From the NCBI GenBank assembly GCA_902763615.1, contig CACWSX010000009.1:34515-98514 (forward strand): 64,000 nt of DNA, given 5' to 3'. Both the position numbers and the translations under genes were made by a program. Origin of the DNA: an uncultured Prevotellaceae bacterium. GTDB taxonomy: Bacteria > Bacteroidota > Bacteroidia > Bacteroidales > Bacteroidaceae. Positions 1 to 7,243 of the stretch are shown here, one piece after another. The notes under the pieces are model-generated. The model saw only the letters and a list, made by a program, of their open reading frames with translations, was not told the origin of the DNA and made no database searches. The first letter of the stretch is position 1. Each line of letters starts with the position of its first letter.

Positions 1-180
1 GATGCGGCGCACGGCGCGCGATCCCAATGAGAAACCTTCCACACGCATCTTGACCACCGTGTCGCGGTCGTAGATGATCTTATAGGGTTGCGTATCCGCG
101 TCCGGCGCTGAAACGGCGTTGGCATAGGGAAGCACCGCCAGGAGTGCCAGTAATAGTATCGCTATCTTTTTCATGTTCAT
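1..180 (-). CDS. Partial gene running off the window edge; secreted protein with signal peptide
   Basis: Manual translation MNMKKIAILLLALLAVLPYANAVSAPDADTQPYKIIYDRDTVVKMRVEGF...; in-frame ATGs at 192, 180 and 174; starts just after the stop of the upstream EEP gene. Confidence 0.7.
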   Translation of the reverse strand, partial: MNMKKIAILLLALLAVLPYANAVSAPDADTQPYKIIYDRDTVVKMRVEGFSLGSRAVRRI

Positions 181-194
181 ATCTCCTTTCATGA

Positions 195-1286
195 TTACTT
201 TACGACGCGCTTGTCAGCTTTGCCGTCCTTTTGTTCGATATAGATGCCGTTTTTCGGCTGATTCACCTCCTGACCTCTCAGGTCGTAGAAGCGTTTGTTG
301 TCGTCCGTCTGCTGTTTCACCTCGTTGATGCCGGTGGTTCTCGACACCACCTTGAATGTGGCTGCCACGGGATAGTGGTCGCCCAGCGGCTTGCCCTCGT
401 TCTGATAACCGTCCTTGTCGAGCGAGTAGGCTAGAGGCTGTATCTTCGTGCCCATGACAGGGTTGATATAGAGAATCTTGTCGAGTGTCTCTTCTCCCTG
501 TTTGTTGAGTTCCAGGAAGACATCAGCCACCGTAGCGCGCCCCGATTCGTTGATGGCGTCGATAAACACGCTTTTCACGTCGTCGCGGCTGTAGAGGCTG
601 TTCATGTCGCCCACCACAATCACCGGCCGTGTGTCCAGATGCTGCATCACATCGTCCTTCAGCTGCGCCCATTGGGCCATGCGTGCCGCTTTGTCCTTCG
701 TGTCCTTTTGTTCGGCCTCGTCCTTGTCGTCGCTGGCGTCCATGTGCATGTTGTAGACCACGATGCGGTCGCCGCTCCGCAGCGTCACCTCATAACGGCG
801 GAAACCCTTGGTCACCATCTCATCGAGGGCATGGCTGAACTTGCCGAAGTTCTGTTGCCAGGGTGTGCGGGCTACGGGCGTCACCGTGAGGTCGTTCTTC
901 CACAAGGCCATCAGACCGTCGCACTCAAAACGGTGGTTCTGCAGATGCAGGTAGTCGATGGTGCGCTCTTCCACGCCCACGTCGCCCGACCACTCGTCCA
1001 TCTTGTAGTCGTCCTCGAGCATCACCGAGAGCACGTCATGATAGTTGAAGTCTTCCTGCAGCATGAGCAGGTCGTAGCCTTTCTTCAGCAGATATTTGCC
1101 GATGCGCGCCGTACCGCCATTGCCGGGGCCGTCGGCGTTCACTTTCACAACTAAGATTTTCTGGGGCAGTCCGTCAACGTTGAGCGTGGCAATGGTGAAC
1201 TGTCCGTCTGCATCCTGTCCGGCTGCTGTCGGGCAAACAAATATGGAAAGGATGAGGGATATTGTCCAAAGATTAATTTTCTTCAT
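195..1286 (-). CDS. Endonuclease/exonuclease/phosphatase (EEP, sphingomyelinase-like) family protein with signal peptide and T9SS C-terminal sorting domain
   Basis: EEP motifs TLNV, LQEDF, YNMHMDA, GDMN, LDKILY, GDHYPV; signal peptide MKKINLW...; C-terminus YDLRGQEV...KNGIYI...KRVVK is typical of Prevotella T9SS cargo. TATCTTTG promoter at 1314-1321 favours the 1286 start. Confidence 0.85.
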   Translation of the reverse strand: MKKINLWTISLILSIFVCPTAAGQDADGQFTIATLNVDGLPQKILVVKVNADGPGNGGTARIGKYLLKKGYDLLMLQEDFNYHDVLSVMLEDDYKMDEWSGDVGVEERTIDYLHLQNHRFECDGLMALWKNDLTVTPVARTPWQQNFGKFSHALDEMVTKGFRRYEVTLRSGDRIVVYNMHMDASDDKDEAEQKDTKDKAARMAQWAQLKDDVMQHLDTRPVIVVGDMNSLYSRDDVKSVFIDAINESGRATVADVFLELNKQGEETLDKILYINPVMGTKIQPLAYSLDKDGYQNEGKPLGDHYPVAATFKVVSRTTGINEVKQQTDDNKRFYDLRGQEVNQPKNGIYIEQKDGKADKRVVK

Positions 1287-1403
1287 TATTATCATTTTTA
1301 TTCTTTTTGGTTGCAAAGATACACATTTTTCCGAAACGGCCAAAGTAACAGCTATATATTTTCGCTAAAGTATATTAAATATTTTGGTTGTATGTAAAGA
1401 AAG

Positions 1404-1462
1404 CGAGCCGTAATCTCACTCCTCACGACATTACGACTCACTGGCAATGAGATTACGTCTCG
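1404..1462. repeat. Inverted repeat/hairpin with three copies of a GAGNCGTAAT-like motif
   Basis: CGAGCCGTAATCTCA (1404-1418) pairs with TGAGATTACGTCTCG (1448-1462); internal ATTACGACTC (1430-1439) is an alternative partner. Confidence 0.7.
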
Positions 1463-1504
1463 ATAATGTCGGGCTGCTTCTGCTTCATCAAGAGGTAATA
1501 ATTA

Positions 1505-1930
1505 CTATAGTCTTTGCAGCCTGGGGCAGCGGTGGTGCTCGAGCGAGGGCAACACCTGCTGCAATTGCATGAAGAGACGCTCGCCGGGCTTGTCGCGATC
1601 GGGCTTGTCCTTGTTGCTGCCCTTGGTTTTCTCCAACTTTTGCCACGACTGGTACTTGTTCTCCTCTTCCTTGTCGTGCTGACGGAAATCGCGGCAGATG
1701 GCTTCCACCAGCGGTGTCAACTGCCCCTTGTTGTCGCCACAATTGGCCACGCGATTGGCCATCATGCCCGTCGGTTCCTTCCAACTGTTGTCAGGATACT
1801 GGAATTCCTCGCCGCTGATGTGTGCGCCAAGGATGGGGAAAAACATCGGGACGAAGGGTTCGTGATTGCCTTTCGAAAGCTGCGTGAGCAGGAGTTTGAT
1901 ACATTCTGTACCTTTTGCAGGCTTGGGCAT
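1505..1930 (-). pseudogene. Internal fragment of a DUF3987/VirE-associated (BT4734-like element) protein
   Basis: Segment LLLTQLSK...MFFPILGAHISG.EFQYPDNSWKE..GMMAN.VA..G.NKGQL..LVEAICRDFRQHD...WQK..KTKG.NKDKP resembles the middle of long Prevotella DUF3987-type proteins; both ends are missing and the C-terminus drifts into unrelated sequence. Confidence 0.55.
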
Positions 1931-1957
1931 CGCCGGGGTGGTGTTGCTAAAATGTTG

Positions 1958-2184
1958 TAAGTCATTGATTTATAGAGAGTTAAACTAAAATTTGATGTTG
2001 CTTGTTGTGGCTTGCAGTCTCAGTCTCAGAGTCTCAGTTGTTTTTTTAAGGTACCCCCATCTTTCCTTATTTATATATGTATGTTATGTATGCGTTTAAT
2101 AATCAATAAGTTACAAAGATTTGAAGAGGCGTTGTCCGATATAAGGGGTGTCCTTTTTTCGAACTGAGATTTGAGACTGAGACT
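1958..2184. repeat. Origin-like region: AGTCTC-repeat inverted arms, AT-rich core, two IHF consensus sites
   Basis: AGTCTCAGTCTCAGAGTCTCAGTT (2016-2039) is inverted as AACTGAGATTTGAGACTGAGACT (2162-2184); WATCAANNNNTTR matches at 1958-1970 (minus) and 2101-2113 (plus). Confidence 0.65.
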
Positions 2185-2234
2185 ATTCACGCTCATTTTT
2201 ACTTTTTTACCTTTTCTGGCTTTTTTACCTTTTC

Positions 2235-2518
2235 TCTATCAGACCCTCGAGTGCCCAGAGCAGTTCGTTGGCCACGCAGGCGGCATACCTGGCTCCGTAG
2301 AGCGGTTCCAACCCTGAAGTATCTCGCCGATGATGCCTCCCACGAGGCGAGGTTCCTGTGACTTCGTTGAACCTGCCTTCATTCTTGGTGCGGCAGGGGA
2401 GACAGTGATCATGTAAGATGAAACTGTATGGTGTAAGGCTAACGAACCATGACGATGGGGATTCCGTCTCTCGGCCCTTGAATAATATCATTCCGTCGTG
2501 TCATCACTTTGTCAATTC
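2235..2518 (-). ncRNA. Candidate structured non-coding RNA
   Basis: TAACTTTG promoter at 2525-2532 (minus); hairpins CCTGCC/GGCAGG (2372-2397), GCCTC/GAGGC (2335-2348) and GCUC-UACG-GAGC, a cUNCGg tetraloop (2292-2303); the overlapping 88-aa ORF has no recognisable features. Confidence 0.5.
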
Positions 2519-2679
2519 AGCCTGCAAAGTTAAACAAAAATCTTGATTGTTTTCATTTACAGGTAAAAAAGTATCGAAATAATTCCGAAATTTCGGAATT
2601 ATTTCATCGCTTTTTTGGCAGACAGTTTGGTGGTCTCAGAAAAAAGATGTATATTTGCGGCAATTATAACTTAAACGAA

Positions 2680-3774
2680 ATGAGATACAGCTTTATTCTA
2701 CTTTTCATACTGATAGTCACATCGCTTTCAGCTCAGGAGAACCTGCAAAAGGGCGCGAAAGCCTCGGAAGTGAAGAAGACCTTCCAAACGGTCAAGAAAC
2801 TTCCAATCACAAGTGTGAAGAACCAGTATCGCAGCGGTACCTGCTGGGATTTTGCCACATTGGGCTATTTCGAGAGCGAGATCCTGCGGAAGACGGGTAA
2901 GATTTATGACTTTTGCGAGATGTTCGTGGTAAACAAGGACTATATGGACTGCGCCACGCATTATGTACGCATGCACGGCTACAGCCAGATTTCGGAAGGC
3001 GGCTCTTGCGACGATGTGCTGGAGGTCATCCGCCAGCATGGTATTTGTCCGGAGAATGCCATGCCGGCTCCAGGCTCGCTGACGGGCGACTCACTGGCCA
3101 ACTTCAAAGTGTTCTTCCCCGAACTCGAGAAAACCGTTAAGGGTATCGTCAGGAAAGACGCCAAGGAGCCACTGCCTCATTGGCAAGATAGTGTGCAGGC
3201 AGTCATCGAGAAATACGTTGGCCGCTGTCCTGAGTCGTTCGTTTATGAGGGAAAAACCTATACGCCGAAGTCGTTTGCCGAAAGTCTGGGCCTCGACCTC
3301 GACGACTACGTGAGTCTGACAAGCTATTCGCATCATCCGTTTAACCAGTGGTTCGTCATCGAGGCACCTTACAAATGGCGATTGAAGCCCAGCTACAACA
3401 TCCCCATCGAGCAGCTGATGGATATACTCGACAAGGCGCTCGATGCAGGCTATACCGTAGCGTGGGGTGGCGATGTGACAGGCGACTTCACCCGCACAGG
3501 ACTGGCGATGCTGGCTGACGGTGTGAGGCCCACTCAGGAAATGCGCCAAGAGCAGTGGAACGACTGGCGCTTTACCTACGACCATGTGATGCTCATCTAC
3601 GGCAAGGCTGTTGACGAGCAAGGGAAGCCCTATTATATGGTGAAGAACTCATGGGGAGAGAGCGGCCAATACAAGGGCATCTGGTATATGTCGCGTGACT
3701 ATATGACGCTGAACACGACCTATCTGTTCCTTAACCGCCACGCACTCCCTAACACGATGTGGACTCAGAGGTGA
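2680..3774 (+). CDS. Peptidase C1B family aminopeptidase C (bleomycin hydrolase-like)
   Basis: Catalytic motifs QYRSGTCW, DHVM, VKNSWG; signal peptide; TATATTTG promoter at 2650-2657. Confidence 0.9.
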   Translation: MRYSFILLFILIVTSLSAQENLQKGAKASEVKKTFQTVKKLPITSVKNQYRSGTCWDFATLGYFESEILRKTGKIYDFCEMFVVNKDYMDCATHYVRMHGYSQISEGGSCDDVLEVIRQHGICPENAMPAPGSLTGDSLANFKVFFPELEKTVKGIVRKDAKEPLPHWQDSVQAVIEKYVGRCPESFVYEGKTYTPKSFAESLGLDLDDYVSLTSYSHHPFNQWFVIEAPYKWRLKPSYNIPIEQLMDILDKALDAGYTVAWGGDVTGDFTRTGLAMLADGVRPTQEMRQEQWNDWRFTYDHVMLIYGKAVDEQGKPYYMVKNSWGESGQYKGIWYMSRDYMTLNTTYLFLNRHALPNTMWTQR

Positions 3775-4891
3775 CCAGCATCAGACTGCTGATGATCATA
3801 TCGCTTATGAAGAGTCCTCGTCGGGTGAGGGCGAGATGTCCGAGGTGCATTGAGAGTAACCCGTCGTCGATGAATCGGCGTGCGCAACGGAGGCAGTAGT
3901 CGCGTTGGCGGTCGGAGAGAAGGTTGAGGTCGAGACCCTCGCGCGTTCGGAGGGCTGTGGTCAGCAGGTCGTTGTAGCGAGTGTCGCCCTCGATGGTCTC
4001 AGATTCGAAGAGACGTTCGCCTCGTTCTATTCCTTTTATGTATTGATGGATGTCGGCAACGTTCCAAGAGCGCGTATGACCGTCAAAGGAGTGGGCTGCG
4101 GCACCAAGACCGATATAAGGTGTATAGTTCCAATAAGCGGAATTGTGACGGGAACGGAAACCGGGACGTGCGAAGTTGGATATCTCATAGTGCTCAAGGC
4201 CTGCGGACTCTAAACGGTCTTTCAACAGATAATACATGGCGCGCTCCGTTTCTTCGTCGGGGAGGACACACGGGTGACTGTTACCATTGTGTCCATTCAT
4301 CATGCGATGGAGTGGGGTGCCTTCTTCGATGGAGAGACAGTAGGCGGAAAGGTGTTCCACATGGAGGGCCAAGGCGGCATCGATATCGTGCGTCCAGTTG
4401 TTGAGCGTCTCGTCAGGGAAACCGTACATCAGGTCGATGCTGATGTTTCGGATGCCCGCAGCCCGCAGTCTTTCCACAGCCTCTGCGACCTGTGCAGCCG
4501 TATGTCGGCGATGGAGATATCTGAGGCGCTGGTCGTTGAAGGTCTGGGCTCCCATCGATACACGGTTCACGGGCAGGGTGCGCAGATTCTCGGCAAAGGC
4601 CTCTGTCACATCGTCGGGATTCACTTCGATGGTGATTTCTGCATCTTCGGCTACCTTATTATATTTATATAGGGTATCGAAGATCTGGCGGAGTTGCGGA
4701 ATCGTCAGTTGGCTTGGCGTCCCACCACCCAGGTAAATACTCCTGACTTCTGTCTCCTGTCTTCTGACTCCTGACTCCCGACACAACGCATCGGTATACC
4801 GCTGGCGAAGGTCCAACGAGGTCGTGGAATAGAACGCGCAGTAGATGCATCTGCTTGCACAAAATGGAATATGTATGTAGATTCCTGCCAT
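3749..4891 (-). CDS. hemW: Radical SAM heme chaperone HemW (HemN-like)
   Basis: YIHIPFCASRCIYCAF, GGGTPS, YEISNFA, SRHNSAYW. Confidence 0.9.
   Translation of the reverse strand: MAGIYIHIPFCASRCIYCAFYSTTSLDLRQRYTDALCRESGVRRQETEVRSIYLGGGTPSQLTIPQLRQIFDTLYKYNKVAEDAEITIEVNPDDVTEAFAENLRTLPVNRVSMGAQTFNDQRLRYLHRRHTAAQVAEAVERLRAAGIRNISIDLMYGFPDETLNNWTHDIDAALALHVEHLSAYCLSIEEGTPLHRMMNGHNGNSHPCVLPDEETERAMYYLLKDRLESAGLEHYEISNFARPGFRSRHNSAYWNYTPYIGLGAAAHSFDGHTRSWNVADIHQYIKGIERGERLFESETIEGDTRYNDLLTTALRTREGLDLNLLSDRQRDYCLRCARRFIDDGLLSMHLGHLALTRRGLFISDMIISSLMLVTSESTSC
4740..4781. repeat. Six degenerate tandem heptamers inside hemW
   Basis: CTCCTGA CTTCTGT CTCCTGT CTTCTGA CTCCTGA CTCCCGA, 42 bp, frame-preserving. 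Confidence 0.75.
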
Positions 4892-5007
4892 ATTTGAATG
4901 CAAAAGTACTAATTATTTTTAATTAATGACAGAATTCTTTGGTGATTTCTGAAAAAATGTCTAATTTAGCCGACCGAATTTGATATTTAACTTAAAACCG
5001 AACGATA

Positions 5008-7167
5008 ATGAAGATTTATCAGACAAACGAAATCAAAAACATTGCACTCATTGGCAGTGCGGGTAGCGGCAAGACGACTCTTGCCGAAAGTATGGTCTAC
5101 GAAGCCGGCATCATCAAGCGCCGCGGTACCGTAGAGGGTAAGAACACGATGAGCGACTATTTCCCTGTAGAACAGGAATACGGCTACTCGGTGTTCTCAA
5201 CTGTTTTCCATGTGGAGTGGAACAACAAGAAGCTCAACATCATCGACTGTCCGGGTTCTGACGACTTCGTAGGTGGCTCTATCACCGCTATGAACGTGAC
5301 AGACCAGGCTGTGATCCTCATCAATGGCCAGTATGGTCCTGAGGTGGGTACAATGAATGCTTTCCGCAACACGGAGAAGTTGAAGAAGCCCGTCATCTTC
5401 CTGGTGAACCAGCTGGATCGCGACAACTGCGACTTCGATCAGATCCTGAATCAGCTGAAGGAAGTGTATGGCCCGAACTGCGTGCCCGTACAGTATCCGA
5501 TTGCAACGGGTTCTGGCTTCAATAGCGTGATCGACGTACTGCTGATGAAGAAATACTCCTGGAAGCCCGAAGGCGGTGCACCTATCATTGAGGATATTCC
5601 TGCAGATCAGCTGGACAAGGCCAAGGAAATGAAGGCCGCTCTGGTAGAGGCCGCTGCTGCTGGCGACGACACACTGATGGAGAAGTTCTTCGAGAGTGAG
5701 GACCTGACAGAAGACGAGATGCGTGAAGGTATCCGCAAGGGTCTGGTGACTCGTTCTATCTTCCCCGTATTCTGCGTTTGTGCAGGCCGCGACATGGGCG
5801 TGCGTCGTCTGATGGAGTTCTTGGGTAATGTGGTGCCTTTTGTTAGTGAGATGCCTGTCATCAAGAATGCTGCCGGCAAGGATGTGCCTGCAGATACCAA
5901 CGCCCCTGCATCGCTCTATTTCTTCAAGACTGGTGTGGAGCCCCATATCGGTGAGGTGAGCTATTTCAAGGTGATGAGCGGTAGCGTGAAGAGCGGCGAC
6001 GATTTGACAAATGCCGATCGTGGTTCGAAGGAGCGCATGGGTACATTGTATGCTTGTGCAGGTGCCAACCGTATTCAGGTGGACCAGCTTAATGCAGGTG
6101 ATATTGGTTGTACTGTGAAACTGAAGGATGTGAAGACCGGTAACACGCTGAATGGCAAGGATGTCGACAATAAGTTCGACTTCATCAAATATCCGAACTC
6201 GAAGTTCTCTCGTGCCATCAAGGCCGTTAACGAGTCTGAGACTGAGAAGATGATGGCTGCTCTGGCTAAGATGCGTCAGGAGGATCCTACATGGGTGGTT
6301 GAGCAGTCGAAGGAGTTGCGCCAGATTATCGTTCATGGTCAGGGTGAGTTCCACCTGCGTACCTTGAAGTGGCGTATGGAGAACAACGAGAAGATCCAGA
6401 TCGAATATATCGAGCCGAAGATTCCGTATCGTGAGACGATTACAAAGATGGCTCGTGCCGACTATCGTCATAAGAAACAGTCGGGTGGTGCCGGTCAGTT
6501 TGGTGAGGTGCACCTGATTCTGGAGCCTTACACAGAGGGCATGCCTGATCCTACATCGTTCAAGATCAACGGTCAGGAGTTTAAGATGAACATCAAGGGT
6601 AAGGAAGAAATCGACCTGGAGTGGGGTGGTAAGCTCGTCTTCATCAACTCTGTGGTTGGTGGTGCCATCGACCTCCGTTTCATGCCCGCTATCCTGAAGG
6701 GTATCATGGAGCGTATGGAGCAGGGTCCGTTGACAGGTTCTTATGCCCGCGACGTTCGCGTGATTGTATATGATGGTAAGATGCACCCGGTTGACTCTAA
6801 TGAGTTGTCGTTCATGCTCGCTGCTCGTAATGCCTTCAGCGCAGCCTTTAAGGAGGCCGGTCCTAAGGTGCTTGAGCCGATCTACGACCTTGAGGTGCTC
6901 GTGCCCGGTGACTATATGGGTGATGTGATGTCAGACCTGCAGGGTCGTCGCGCTATCATTATGGGTATGGATTCCGAGGCCGGCTATCAGAAGCTGAGCG
7001 CTAAGATTCCTCTCAAGGAGCTCTCCAGCTACTCAATCGCTCTGAGTTCGCTGACGGGAGGCCGTGCATCGTTCACAACGAAGTTCTCAAGCTATGAACT
7101 CGTTCCGAACGATATCCAGCAGGCTCTGATCAAGCAGCATGAGGAGGAGATGAAGGACGAAGAGTAA
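5008..7167 (+). CDS. fusA2: Elongation factor G paralogue EF-G2
   Basis: MKIYQTNEIKNIAL, divergent G1 GSAGSGKTT, HKKQSGGAGQFGEV, domain IV insertion; not in the str operon. Confidence 0.9.
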   Translation: MKIYQTNEIKNIALIGSAGSGKTTLAESMVYEAGIIKRRGTVEGKNTMSDYFPVEQEYGYSVFSTVFHVEWNNKKLNIIDCPGSDDFVGGSITAMNVTDQAVILINGQYGPEVGTMNAFRNTEKLKKPVIFLVNQLDRDNCDFDQILNQLKEVYGPNCVPVQYPIATGSGFNSVIDVLLMKKYSWKPEGGAPIIEDIPADQLDKAKEMKAALVEAAAAGDDTLMEKFFESEDLTEDEMREGIRKGLVTRSIFPVFCVCAGRDMGVRRLMEFLGNVVPFVSEMPVIKNAAGKDVPADTNAPASLYFFKTGVEPHIGEVSYFKVMSGSVKSGDDLTNADRGSKERMGTLYACAGANRIQVDQLNAGDIGCTVKLKDVKTGNTLNGKDVDNKFDFIKYPNSKFSRAIKAVNESETEKMMAALAKMRQEDPTWVVEQSKELRQIIVHGQGEFHLRTLKWRMENNEKIQIEYIEPKIPYRETITKMARADYRHKKQSGGAGQFGEVHLILEPYTEGMPDPTSFKINGQEFKMNIKGKEEIDLEWGGKLVFINSVVGGAIDLRFMPAILKGIMERMEQGPLTGSYARDVRVIVYDGKMHPVDSNELSFMLAARNAFSAAFKEAGPKVLEPIYDLEVLVPGDYMGDVMSDLQGRRAIIMGMDSEAGYQKLSAKIPLKELSSYSIALSSLTGGRASFTTKFSSYELVPNDIQQALIKQHEEEMKDEE

Positions 7168-7187
7168 TCTTTGATTATTATAAAAAT

Positions 7188-7221
7188 CAAAGGCTCCGCG
7201 ATTGCGGGGCCTTTGTTTTTT
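7188..7221 (+). terminator. Intrinsic terminator between convergent fusA2 and GH106 genes
   Basis: CAAAGGCTCCGC-GATT-GCGGGGCCTTTG followed by a T run. Confidence 0.8.
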
Positions 7222-7243
7222 CGGATAAGTCTGAATGTTCGGA

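Noticed and set aside
2235-2518. Cobalamin or other known riboswitch; 88-aa ORF 2225-2491 as a protein
   Set aside because: B12-box and other consensus motifs are absent; the ORF has no recognisable features and overlaps dense stems.
5197-6786. Long antisense ORFs (also 17192-18310, 13247-14104, 39814-40704, 60473-61258)
   Set aside because: Shadow frames of codon-biased housekeeping genes.
5008-7167. Non-canonical GTPase motif in EF-G
   Set aside because: Expected property of the known Bacteroidales EF-G2 paralogue.
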